Virus record (IMG/VR): IMGVR_UViG_3300042923_000281
Coordinates: 1 to 64,000 of that record
Strand: one strand, 5' to 3'
Length of the DNA: 64,000 nt
Shown here: piece after piece, positions 8,745 to 19,400 of the stretch
How the letters are laid out: the number at the start of each line of letters is the position of its first letter
Position numbering within the stretch: the stretch's first letter is position 1
The notes under the pieces: model-generated
Databases searched by the model: none
Told to the model about the DNA's origin: nothing
Seen by the model: the letters and a program-made list of their open reading frames with translations, nothing else
Made by a program: the position numbers and the translations under genes

Positions 8745-10097
8745 TCAGGCTTGTGCCAAGCCGAGTTGACGGCACAGCCAGAAGTTCACGTACTTGATGG
8801 TCGCCATCAGAGCCACTTCGCGAGGATCGGTGTCCTGAGCGAGGGTAGCGCCAACGCGGTTCATCAGACGAATGAACGTCAATGCATCGGTACGCGGGTA
8901 GAACACTTCGCAGACCAGTTCGGTCACGAGGGTGTTCAGGTCATCGCAGTTCTTTTCGTTGACCTTGCTCACCATCTCGATCAGACACTTGTTGGCGTCA
9001 ACCGAGGCTTCACCCAGATCACGAGCAGCGAGCTCGGTACCGAGGATACTACGCAGCGCATCACGAACGATGCTGGCCATCGAGGTTTGCACCTTGATCG
9101 CTTGCAGGTTCATTTCGCGGTTGTAGATGGTTTCGAGAATGGTTTTGTTCTCGATGAGCTGGCCTTGAGTGAAACGACGACTGGCCATTTCGTTGCCGAT
9201 CAGGGCTTCAGGAGTCAGGCCCTTTTCCAGCAGTGCACGGTAAGCTTTACCCATGACCACGATCTGGGTCAGGGATTCACGCCCGTCAGTGCTGTACAGA
9301 ACGCCCAGCTTTTCAGCTTCGGCATAACGCAACATGGCACCGCGCAGCAATTGGGCGCACTTGCCCAGCAGGCGGTTGACGTTGTCGTTGTACTCGACCA
9401 AGGTCAGGTTCACACCCGGCTCTGGTTCGTCGTAGATCGACTGAGCAGCGACCAGGACACCCGGGAGGTAGTCTTGGTTGATGGCTTGAACACCGACACG
9501 GCCTTGCAGCACGTCCATGACGGCGGCGTAGCCTTCGTTGTTCTTCATGCTGAGGGACAGGTCCAGTTCAGCGTCGAAACCAGCCATGCCGGTCTTGACG
9601 AGTTCCTTGACGCGATCCAACGTGACCGGAGCCAAGTTACGAACCACGTAGTCCAACTGCGATGGGGTTGGGTAACGATCCGCCAGTTGACGCAGGGCAG
9701 GGTTGCTGTAGACCGCAGGGATTTCTTTCATCACTACGGAATAAGGCAGCGAAGCCTCGAGACGACGGGCATTGACGTATTCCTGCACCTTGCCAGCCAG
9801 CTCTTTAATGGCAGGCAAGACTTGGTTGCGGGAGATGTCATGCAGACGGGACACCGATGCAGAGGCCAGACGGATGATGTCAGCCTTGGCAATACGGTGA
9901 GCCTCATCGCCAGCGCGTGATTGCAGGACGCTGATGATGTCAGTGTTTTCTACCAGGCTACGGTCGACCAGCGTGTTGTCAACCGCGAGGGTCAACGACA
10001 TCAGGGGACTGTTCTGGCTCGGCAGGATGCGGAGGCCACGCTCATCCAGACGCTGGGCAACCGGGAATGCTGCCTCGATGGCGATACGGTTAAGCAT
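8745..10097 (-). CDS. Conserved phiKZ-like protein (gp177 position)
   Basis: 450-aa ORF, synteny. Confidence 0.7.
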   Translation of the reverse strand: MLNRIAIEAAFPVAQRLDERGLRILPSQNSPLMSLTLAVDNTLVDRSLVENTDIISVLQSRAGDEAHRIAKADIIRLASASVSRLHDISRNQVLPAIKELAGKVQEYVNARRLEASLPYSVVMKEIPAVYSNPALRQLADRYPTPSQLDYVVRNLAPVTLDRVKELVKTGMAGFDAELDLSLSMKNNEGYAAVMDVLQGRVGVQAINQDYLPGVLVAAQSIYDEPEPGVNLTLVEYNDNVNRLLGKCAQLLRGAMLRYAEAEKLGVLYSTDGRESLTQIVVMGKAYRALLEKGLTPEALIGNEMASRRFTQGQLIENKTILETIYNREMNLQAIKVQTSMASIVRDALRSILGTELAARDLGEASVDANKCLIEMVSKVNEKNCDDLNTLVTELVCEVFYPRTDALTFIRLMNRVGATLAQDTDPREVALMATIKYVNFWLCRQLGLAQA

Positions 10098-10281
10098 TAT
10101 CGCGACCCTCGATGACGTTGTTGATGTCCGCAGCTGCGATGGCAGCGATGGTACGGTCGTTCAGCGGGACACCATCCAGATAACTGGAGATCTGGTTCCC
10201 CGCGACGTTTGCCACGATCTCTACCGAGAGGTCAATGGCATTCGCGACGAGCGCGAGGTTGTCAAAAGTAGTGGTGCTCAT
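10090..10281 (-). CDS. Small hypothetical protein
   Basis: AGGA RBS before MSTTTF; overlaps the next start. Confidence 0.6.
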   Translation of the reverse strand: MSTTTFDNLALVANAIDLSVEIVANVAGNQISSYLDGVPLNDRTIAAIAAADINNVIEGRDNA

Positions 10282-10353
10282 GAGCAAGTTCCTGTGAAAT
10301 TTCGAGGCGCTGTAAAGGAAGGTCCGGGAACCCTAGAGGCCCCCGGACTTCGA

Positions 10354-13300
10354 CTACTTGGTATCGTTGCTCATCCACATCTCTGCGGCCTTCTCGCCAA
10401 TGGCGCGTTGGACAGAGATAGACATGCCGATCAGCAGGGCCGAACTTACGATACGGTCCATGACCGACTTGGCGCCGAAGATGGCATTGATCCGTGCCCC
10501 AGATTTGGTTTCGTTGATACCGCTCAAGCGATGACCAACTACTGTCTTCATCTGGTTACAGAACACTGCCTTGTCACCGACACCCATGCCTTCACGGTGA
10601 GTGATGTAGACTTTGATCGCAACGTGATCGAGTTCCAGACCGTTCCCGTCAATACGAAGGGATTGGTCGACCTGACCTGTGACAACCGGTTTGCCGAGAC
10701 GTTTGGCCACCTTACGACGTTGTTTGTCGTGGGCAGTGACCAGCTCCAGTAGCGAGTCCGACATGTCGTCCGGGTCACCATGGTAGAACACCTCGATCTT
10801 CGAGACTTCGCCAACCGCACCTGCAAGAGGCGCCGCTGAGCCCATCTTGCGAAGGGTTTCAAGGTCTTCGTCCGAGAACAGTCCAGCTTCCGCCGTTACA
10901 GCATCTTCAATCGTGCATAGAATACTCGAGATGTCCGTGTGATCCCCCTGTTTGACCAGGTTACGAACTTGCTGCCCGAACTGTGCAACGATGGTCTTGA
11001 CCTTTGTAACTTCCGACCCCATTTGACCCGACAACCAATCGTCAATGGCAGAGGAGTCTTCCAGTGTGTAGGAAGCTTCCATCAAAGCCGTACGAGCAAT
11101 CACCCCAGCCTTCCACTGCACCTGGCGTGGTTCGAACCGGCTCGGCTTAAAGAAGCCCGAGTTATACTTCAAGATGTCGCCTACGTTGACTTTGTCACCC
11201 AACTGGAAGGTAGAGTCTTGTTTCTGCGGGTAGACCGAACCGGCGGAGATGCCGTACTGGGTGGTCAGGTCCAGATGCTCGAAGGTACCGTCATCGTACG
11301 CCACGACCATGTGAGTGTCGGTGCGTTCAATCACTTCACCCGACTTGGTAGCCGGGACAGCAAAGATCTCATCCACACGGTGGGCCAAGACATGGTCATA
11401 GCCGGTGGAGATTGGAGACTCACGATAACCTTCAGCGGAGATGACGTGAGATTGCTGGATACCGATGAAGTTCACCCGCTTAGGGTCGTCTCGGTCAGCG
11501 TAAGGACTGATCAAAGCGGAGGTCGATACAATGTTAGCCGCACCATCCTTCTCTTTGTCATACGCCCGCACCGTACCGCGCACACTGGTAATGTTCGCGT
11601 TTGGAGACATGTAGGTGATAACCGCCACGTCGCCGGAGTCTACGGTACTTTCCGAGATGAAGCCAATGTCGGATTCCTTGTACAGTCGCGCCTCGGCAGT
11701 CATCGACCGTCCACTGCGGCCACCACGGCCACCGTAGGTGATGATTTCTTTCTGCTTGAGGTTTTGAATCGGGTTGATGTCGTCGACAATGGCAGAAGCC
11801 GGGTCTTGAACGATGTTCGTCCAGACTTCGTGAGGCTTCATGGTCACTTGCGAACCAGAGCCTGCATTGCGAGAGTTGTAGACCCGGATAGACCGGACCA
11901 GCTCGGCGTAGATGGCACCCGGGATACGTTCATAGCCCTTGGCACGTTCTTGCCCATCAACCAACCCATCAGCGCCTTCAACCTTCGTCGGCACGTGACG
12001 GGTGACCAGCATTTCCACAGCACGCAACAGCAGCGGGATGTACTCGGTCGGCTCCTTCATCCACTCAAGGACGCCTTTGGTGATCGGGTCGACCCACATG
12101 GCGTTCATGAGATCGAGTTCACGCAAGTAGCGCAGCCCGATGCCGTTGGCCTCCAGGATGTTGAAGTACACGTCCTTGTCGTTGAAACTGTGACGCGAGA
12201 ACTGACGCACGGCTTTGTGGTATTGGAGGAAGCCAGCAAAGATCATGCTGTTCTTCACATCCGACTTGTCCATGATCAGCGTTTCATCGAGGAACTTGAT
12301 GGCGTACTCATCGTCCGACATCTGCACCCGGGTACCCAACGGCACAGCCCGGAACTTAGCCCCCGTCATCGTCAGCAGACCGTTCAAGCCCAACAGGTAC
12401 GCCAAAGCGATACCGACTGGCATGGTCTTACCGAAGATGCTGATCTCGGCCATGGAGACCGGTGACTTGTCCTTGTTCAAACCAAGGATGTCTTCGATCT
12501 GACCCAGTTCACTGACCTGGTTGTTCTTACTGTCCACCAGATAGAACGCACTCTCACGGTCCACCATGATGTAACGCTGGCCACGACGACCAACCACCAC
12601 CATGCCTTTGTGTTCCGTTTCCAGTGTCTCTACCAGCTTCATGTCGAACAGACGGCTGCGATCCCGGTTCTTGTAATCGAACCAGTAGTGGCCGTTGGAC
12701 TCAAAGCTCATCACCCGACTACCGATCACGGTGTACGCAGTCGGCAGATCCAGCGAGTAGTCTGCCACGTTGGCAATCTTCACGTTGGTGATGGAGGTGT
12801 CAGCGGGGTCCATGCCTTTAGCGATGATCTGCTTGGCAATCCAGTTGTCGTAGTTGAACACAGCACGTTGCGAACGCTCAATGAAGAGCTTGCTGTAGTA
12901 CGACGTCAGCGCTACCCGAATGGCACTGACCTTGCGGATCGGCACATCGGACTTCTGAGTACGCAGGCGGTACTTCTGACCGTTGGAGGTGTACGAGCCA
13001 CGTTTGTCAACCACCGGCACTCGGAACGAGATGGTCGACGGTTTACCAGTGACCGGAGTCAACTGGACTTTGTGGATCTCGTAATGACTGACGGCATCTT
13101 GCACGACTTCTACATCGTACCCTGTCACAGCCACACCCGCTTTCTGCACGGACATAACGGCGTTCAGGATGTCAGCCTTCATCACCTTCTCGATGTACTG
13201 GCTGTCCATCTTCTCGACGGTAGACTGCAACATCGACTTGTCACGGACCGATTCCATTTCAGGATACGGTTCAGACTCTTGAAGCACCAAGTCTTCCTGC

Positions 13301-14742
13301 TTGATGTCCAAGGACCCTTCAATGGTCTTTGACTTGTCCCACGGGTCTGGCATCGTCTTGTAGGACTCTGACAGGCGTTGCATGCGGCGATACTGAGCGG
13401 CAGTGATGATGTCCTTTTCCACCAGCTCGTCAATCTTGCTCTGGATCGAACTGGTCAGGGTGTGTTCCGTTGCCCCGTCCGCTACGATCTGAGACACCTG
13501 AGCAACAGGTTCAGCCCCGGTCTCAATGATCAGCTCACCGTCTTCATCTTCCATGATCGCATCAGAAGTCGAGACAGCCGGTTCGTCCAAAGACTCAGCC
13601 AGTTCTTCCTCTTCTTCTACCAGCATTTCATCCGCACCCGATTCCTTACGGGCTTGGACTTCCTGCTGCTGGTCTTCAGCCGCTTCCGCTGCATCGTCTG
13701 CTGCGGTGGCTTCTTGTTGCGCTTCGACTTCTTGCTGATTGACCACGGCTACCGGGTTGGTTTGGTCAATGACTTTAGCCAACAGCTTCAGGAAGCGCAC
13801 CTGCATGATCTTTGGATCAAGACCATTACCTGCTTCCATCGAGACGCCCATGTCAGGATCGAGGGTGTCATCCCCCAACTCTTCCATGGAAACATAGCGC
13901 TGGTAAGTGTCTTCGAAGTTGAAGTCCTCACTGACAGGCTGTTCGACGAAGGATTCCATCGAGACGCCTACGCCCTGTTTACGCCAACCGTTGAGCAGGC
14001 CAAGGTTCAGGCTGATCCAACCGCCGTCCTTACGGATGACCAGTTCGATCTCAGTCAGACGGGATTCGTCCAGCCGCGACATCGGTGCACGTTGACGGTT
14101 CTCACCCAACCACATGAAGAGGTCAAGCAAGTCCAACCGTTCACGGGTGTTGAACACCTGCATCAACGTTGGCGTCATGCCACGCTCAGCTTTACGCAGA
14201 TCCGACAGCGCTGGGAGCGTCTGAGGCACATCAAACAAGACGATGTGATGTCGTTCGTGCGTGGTCTTCAGCTGATTGAACTTCTCCCACTGAGTGGCTC
14301 TCAGGTTGCGCCAGTTCCACCAGCGACTCAAGGCCGACCGTTGGTACTTGTACATCTGAGCGACCATGGCGTAGTTCACCACGAGCATGGTCAGAGGGTC
14401 TTTCGCTGCCGCTTCATAATCCCGCATTGGGCGGATGTTCATGTTCTCGCGGCGGTACTGCTGCATCATCGGAGCGATGAGCTTGAACGTTGGACGGGGG
14501 TTGCCCTCCTTCGACAGCAGGTCAGGAACGTGGTCGATGTAGACCAGTCGCTGTGCTGCCTGAATGATCTGGCTAGAAGCAGCCGGACCCAGTTCAGTTT
14601 CATTCATCGGCATGTAGTGGACGTTGGCACCACGAGGCAAACCGAATCGTGCGATTGGTCGTACTCGTGGATTCTCCAACTCTCCCAGCCTACGGATGCC
14701 GAACAGTTTCATGTAGCGGTCATACAGAAACATTACGGCCAT
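10354..14742 (-). CDS. Virion RNA polymerase beta subunit, N-terminal/middle part (phiKZ gp178-like)
   Basis: 1462 aa; DDPKR, QQSH, EDS, GDK..QMKTV beta motifs; acidic N-terminal region with VSME repeats. Confidence 0.9.
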   Translation of the reverse strand: MAVMFLYDRYMKLFGIRRLGELENPRVRPIARFGLPRGANVHYMPMNETELGPAASSQIIQAAQRLVYIDHVPDLLSKEGNPRPTFKLIAPMMQQYRRENMNIRPMRDYEAAAKDPLTMLVVNYAMVAQMYKYQRSALSRWWNWRNLRATQWEKFNQLKTTHERHHIVLFDVPQTLPALSDLRKAERGMTPTLMQVFNTRERLDLLDLFMWLGENRQRAPMSRLDESRLTEIELVIRKDGGWISLNLGLLNGWRKQGVGVSMESFVEQPVSEDFNFEDTYQRYVSMEELGDDTLDPDMGVSMEAGNGLDPKIMQVRFLKLLAKVIDQTNPVAVVNQQEVEAQQEATAADDAAEAAEDQQQEVQARKESGADEMLVEEEEELAESLDEPAVSTSDAIMEDEDGELIIETGAEPVAQVSQIVADGATEHTLTSSIQSKIDELVEKDIITAAQYRRMQRLSESYKTMPDPWDKSKTIEGSLDIKQEDLVLQESEPYPEMESVRDKSMLQSTVEKMDSQYIEKVMKADILNAVMSVQKAGVAVTGYDVEVVQDAVSHYEIHKVQLTPVTGKPSTISFRVPVVDKRGSYTSNGQKYRLRTQKSDVPIRKVSAIRVALTSYYSKLFIERSQRAVFNYDNWIAKQIIAKGMDPADTSITNVKIANVADYSLDLPTAYTVIGSRVMSFESNGHYWFDYKNRDRSRLFDMKLVETLETEHKGMVVVGRRGQRYIMVDRESAFYLVDSKNNQVSELGQIEDILGLNKDKSPVSMAEISIFGKTMPVGIALAYLLGLNGLLTMTGAKFRAVPLGTRVQMSDDEYAIKFLDETLIMDKSDVKNSMIFAGFLQYHKAVRQFSRHSFNDKDVYFNILEANGIGLRYLRELDLMNAMWVDPITKGVLEWMKEPTEYIPLLLRAVEMLVTRHVPTKVEGADGLVDGQERAKGYERIPGAIYAELVRSIRVYNSRNAGSGSQVTMKPHEVWTNIVQDPASAIVDDINPIQNLKQKEIITYGGRGGRSGRSMTAEARLYKESDIGFISESTVDSGDVAVITYMSPNANITSVRGTVRAYDKEKDGAANIVSTSALISPYADRDDPKRVNFIGIQQSHVISAEGYRESPISTGYDHVLAHRVDEIFAVPATKSGEVIERTDTHMVVAYDDGTFEHLDLTTQYGISAGSVYPQKQDSTFQLGDKVNVGDILKYNSGFFKPSRFEPRQVQWKAGVIARTALMEASYTLEDSSAIDDWLSGQMGSEVTKVKTIVAQFGQQVRNLVKQGDHTDISSILCTIEDAVTAEAGLFSDEDLETLRKMGSAAPLAGAVGEVSKIEVFYHGDPDDMSDSLLELVTAHDKQRRKVAKRLGKPVVTGQVDQSLRIDGNGLELDHVAIKVYITHREGMGVGDKAVFCNQMKTVVGHRLSGINETKSGARINAIFGAKSVMDRIVSSALLIGMSISVQRAIGEKAAEMWMSNDTK

Positions 14743-16390
14743 GTTTGAATCGTCCTGTCAGGTTGGTTACGACGTACTTGATGGTGTCGTACTCGTAGGA
14801 AGATGTAAGGTTGCCCCCTGCATCGATCCAGTGGTTACGTGACCTGAGGATACGGTCATTCTCAACCAGAGCCTCTTGAGACATTACCAGTGTTGCTGAG
14901 CCAGTGTCACCGTCGAAGTCCGCTGCCAACCCAACCAGTTTGGTCGAGTGTGGGGACTGAGTGTCCATAAAGGAAGTCGATCCCGTTTTAGGGAACTCCT
15001 GCGCCACATGCTCGTCATCGTCATACGGTTGCCAGTTGTCATCCAGCTCCACACGGCGTTCACCGACCACAGTGGTCTTGACATAAACACGCGATGGGTA
15101 GATCGACCCCAAGCCCGAGATCGGGTAACGACAGATCTGTGCATAGTAGCGGTTCCAATATTGGTAACCACACAAGTACAGCAGCTCAACGAGGTTGATC
15201 GGGTGCACGTCATTGCGGTTCAGGTGAGCCGGCATGTCGTGGATGTCGAAGAACACCTTGAACGTGTTGTCCGGACCTTTGTAGATGAGGGCCAGGTAAT
15301 GACCTTCAATCTCCACAGGACGGGTACGCATCTCGGTCATCTGGTACCGGTCGATCACGCTGGTCAAACCATCACGGGTCGACCATTGGTCACGGGTATC
15401 GGGCGACAGACTCACCCACGTAGGACGCAGGGTCTTCGGATCGATCAACTGTGCTTGACCTTCACCGTTCTGAATCAGGTGCCCGAAGGTCCGACGCAGG
15501 TGGTGGATGGTCAACGGGGTCAAGCCTTTGATGACTTGGAACAACCCGAGGGTGGTACTATCAAAACCTGGAGCGTTGGTGTCGTTGAGGTTGGCAATGG
15601 AGGTGTCCATCACCGTCAACACGTTCCGCGTACCGTAGACCACTTTACGAGAGGCCCACTTGTCCAGGATAAAACCGTTCTTGCCTGCCAGCATGCCTTC
15701 AATGAGGTCATAGATCTCAGCAAGGCAGTTGGTCAGAGCGTTCCGAGCAATGTTGAGTGCCGGAGATTCCATGTCGCTGGTGATCGGGATCGTGTTGGAG
15801 ATCGACAGAGCCCGGTAGTACAGGTCGTGGATCTCGTTCTTGGTCGTCACACCGTTGTCATCGACTTCAATGTCGCGCATGCCCGCAGGCAGCACCGGAA
15901 TAAAACGAGTCAGGGCGAATTGACGCCACTGTTCGATGAACTCCACCCGAATACGACGGGTCGGTGACTTGGACTTACGCAGTTCCAGTTCAGGAAAGTG
16001 CTTCACAAAGAAAGCATAACCGGTTTCGGCTTTCTCAGAACTGTCTGCGATGAAGTCTTTGGTCACCGGGTCAAAGATCGCTGTCTCACGACCGGCCACA
16101 ATGGCACGATAGATGGACTTGAGGCTCATGAGGTCACGGAAGATCTTCGGGTGGAAGATTTGGACCTTCAGATCAATGTAAGAAAACGCGTTGTCACGTT
16201 CATCCGAACCCACGCGTCCGAAGATGGTGGTGGAGTACAAGCCTTGGTCGTGGAACTCAGCACTCGCCCCGTCATAAATGTCGAGACTGGTCACTGGAGT
16301 CATGCGGGCGACCCGTTCCCGAGTCAGCACCATTGGCCAGACCTTGGCGGGAGTCTGGGCGTATCGAATGCCCGAGCTAGAGTCTGTCAT
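14720..16390 (-). CDS. Virion RNA polymerase beta-prime catalytic subunit (phiKZ gp180-like)
   Basis: ADFDGD active-site motif, GLYSTTIFG, PVLPAGMRD, RYP; GGAG RBS before ATG at 16390. Confidence 0.9.
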   Translation of the reverse strand: MTDSSSGIRYAQTPAKVWPMVLTRERVARMTPVTSLDIYDGASAEFHDQGLYSTTIFGRVGSDERDNAFSYIDLKVQIFHPKIFRDLMSLKSIYRAIVAGRETAIFDPVTKDFIADSSEKAETGYAFFVKHFPELELRKSKSPTRRIRVEFIEQWRQFALTRFIPVLPAGMRDIEVDDNGVTTKNEIHDLYYRALSISNTIPITSDMESPALNIARNALTNCLAEIYDLIEGMLAGKNGFILDKWASRKVVYGTRNVLTVMDTSIANLNDTNAPGFDSTTLGLFQVIKGLTPLTIHHLRRTFGHLIQNGEGQAQLIDPKTLRPTWVSLSPDTRDQWSTRDGLTSVIDRYQMTEMRTRPVEIEGHYLALIYKGPDNTFKVFFDIHDMPAHLNRNDVHPINLVELLYLCGYQYWNRYYAQICRYPISGLGSIYPSRVYVKTTVVGERRVELDDNWQPYDDDEHVAQEFPKTGSTSFMDTQSPHSTKLVGLAADFDGDTGSATLVMSQEALVENDRILRSRNHWIDAGGNLTSSYEYDTIKYVVTNLTGRFKHGRNVSV

Positions 16391-16497
16391 GAGACTCCGT
16401 GCTTCAGTGGTCATAAAGGCGTCCCGTAAGTTTAGGAGTCGTTTCGACAGTTGGTATGAAGGAGGCTTAGTATAATAAGCCCATTTGGAGAATTTCG

Positions 16498-19400
16498 ATG
16501 GCAAAGAAAGATGTCGATTTGGACAATCTCGACCTCGACGATTTCGACTTTGACATCCCTGAGTGGAAGTCTGATACCGACATCGACGACAGTTCGAGAT
16601 CTCCCGTAGACCGAGTCACCAAAGGCGCTATCTCCGGGATTAAAGATGAGCTGACCAGCAAGAATGCCTTGCGCAAAGCCTTGACTCTGGCTTTGCCCTC
16701 GGGCTATGGCTTGGCCGCAGACACCATTGAGAACGTCGCAACCGACGCACGATCGCTATACGATAAGGTGACTGGCGACTCGCCGCAACTTGTTCGTGGT
16801 AGTAAAGCGTTCGGTCGTAAAGCCATGCAGTTGGTGGGTAACAAGCTTCTGACCAAGAAGGCTTCGGACCGCCTCAACTCTGCACTGGAAGATGACGACG
16901 ACAGCCCTGTTAAATCAGCGGCCCAATACCGTAAGGAACAAGAAGACAACGACCTCGCCCAGTTGGCTGAGATCTTCAAGGCCAAGACTGGCGCAGATGA
17001 AGAGCGTTTGAAGAAAGACGCTGCTGACAAGCTGGAAGATAAAGCCCTCGACCAGGTTCGCTTCAAGTCCAACATCCAAGTCCTGACTGCTATCAACCGC
17101 TCCATGGCGCGGATGGTTGGCTATCAAGACAAGATCACTGCCAAGTACCAGCAGAAGATGCTGGAACTCAACTACCGTCAGTTTGCGACTCAAAAGCAAC
17201 TGCTGGATGTGATGGCAGAAGCCACCCAGAAGCAAGCTCAGATCCTTGAAGCCATTCGCCACAACACCGCGCTCCCTGAGGCAGTGAAGATCCGTGGCAG
17301 TGAGATGTTCAAGCAGATGGCTCACCAGCGTCTGATGGGGAAAGGTCTCAACACCATCTCCAACTGGTCGCAGAACTACACCAAGCAGATCATGGACAAC
17401 GTCCAAGGTTTGGTTCAGGGTGTGGTTCAGCCGCTGACTGAAGCCCAAGGCATGACCGAAGGGATGGACATCGACAAACACGAGATGGGTGGTCGTGTTG
17501 TAGGTTCGATGATCGGTTCTGGCATCCGTGATCAAGCGTCGATGCACATTGCACCGTGGCTGAACAAAAGCAAGACCATTGCCAAAGGCGGTGAGATCCT
17601 GCGTAACAAGTTCACCGGGCTTCCACAGAAGGTCAACGAGTACGCACAGTCTGAAACCCAAGGCACTGGCTTCAAGTCTGTCATGACGCAGATGTTCAAA
17701 ACCTTCTTGCCGCAGTTCTCTTTGGACTCTCGGCCGGGTGGTGAAAGCGTCGACAAACTGGATGAGATTGGCACGTTCGACAAGATTGCTCGTCGTTCCC
17801 TGATCGAGATCATCCCGGGGTACCTGTCTGAGATTGCTCACTGGTCCAAAGTGGCAGTCACTGGCGAGAAGGATTCCGAGAAGCAAGTCTACAACGTGGT
17901 CCGTGGTGGCTTTACGTCCCAAGGTGAAAACCTGAAGGATGTGGGTCGTCAGATCATGAGCCGTTCGGAACGTGATTCGCTTCGTACTGCCGCTGATGAT
18001 TTCATCAAGCAGATCGGTGGCGACACCATGTCCTCCAAGGCCCAGCGTGCCCTCAAGAAGAAATTGCTTGACGAGCTGGCCAACGGTCGTGACCTTGTAC
18101 CTAAACGTCTGGTCGATCCTGCCGAATACCCTAACGTTGACGTTGGGATTGTGGATGAGATCACGTCTCTGATTGCGGACACCTTCAACCTGGATTACAA
18201 CGGTAACCAGCAAGATACCTCCGCTGAAGGCGCTGGGCGATTCAACGATATCCGTGACAAGTTCCTGAGCATGGCCAGTATGATCCCCGCTGCTGGTGAT
18301 CGTATTCGCATCTTGGGCGATGTCCTCGGCAAAGACTCCTTGCGCAAGCTGGGCTATGTTGAGCGTCAAGGCCGTGACGACCGGATCAACTACGACAAGA
18401 TCTGGGGGTCAGTACTCGATGAAGATGACGAAGACGGCGCAGGCGGAGCTCCGCAAGGTGGCCCGGATGCTGATAATCTCGGTGGTAAGCGTTCTAATCG
18501 TGGTTCTCGGTCTTCTAAAGGTCGTCGCGATCTTTCCCGTCGTGCTGATCGAGCTGATCGCATGGGGGGTGCTCGGAATTCGATCCGACAAGGAGCCTCC
18601 GGCCTAGAACAGTACCTGGGTGACAAGTCGACCCTCATTACCCTCATCACTCAGTCGCGTGACTTCCATTCGGAAACGGTGGAACTGCTCAAGCAACTGG
18701 CAGCCTGTGGTTGCAATCACGGTGAAGGTGGTGGGTCGCGTCAAGGCCGTCGGGTCGACTGGGACAAGGTGTCGAAGCGCCTGAAGGCCAAAGGCACTCA
18801 GGCTCAGTCCTGGGGGCAGGAGAAGTTCAAGCTGGGCCAAGAGAAGTACGGCACGGCTAAACAACTCGCCACGGACATCTGGATTCAGGGTGAAGATCAC
18901 CCACGCCTGCAAGAAGCCAAACTGAAGGCAGGTGAGTACCGCGACAAGGCCACCAACGAGGTGATCAAGAAGTGGGAAGACATCCAGGGTGACGTGGTCG
19001 ATCTCAAAGGTCGCACCGTAGCCCGTTATAACGAGATCATGGATGAAGGCGTTATTGCGGACTATAAAGGAAAGGTCAAGTCTACCTTTGCTGAGAAGTT
19101 CGGCAAGCTCAAGAACAGCGGTGCAGGTCTGTGGGCAGCCGGTGCTATCACTGGCGGTCGTAACCAGCTCAGCAAGATGGGCGGTGCTCTCAAGGACATG
19201 AAGGGCACAGGCGGGGCCAATGAGTTCATCGACAACCTCGGTCGTCGAGTGTCTGATAAAGGCGCCTCGGTCTCGAAAGAGCTTCAGCAACAACGTCGTA
19301 AGTTCAAGCCTCGTGTTAAACGCATGATGTCTCGATTCACTGGCGGTAAGGTGGGGGCGGATGTCACCAGCGAACTGACCGGCGATCAAGAACAAGACAT

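Noticed and set aside
10354-16390. Intron, intein or homing endonuclease in or between the vRNAP genes
   Set aside because: The ORFs are continuous and overlap directly (14720-14742), with no intein or HNH motifs seen.
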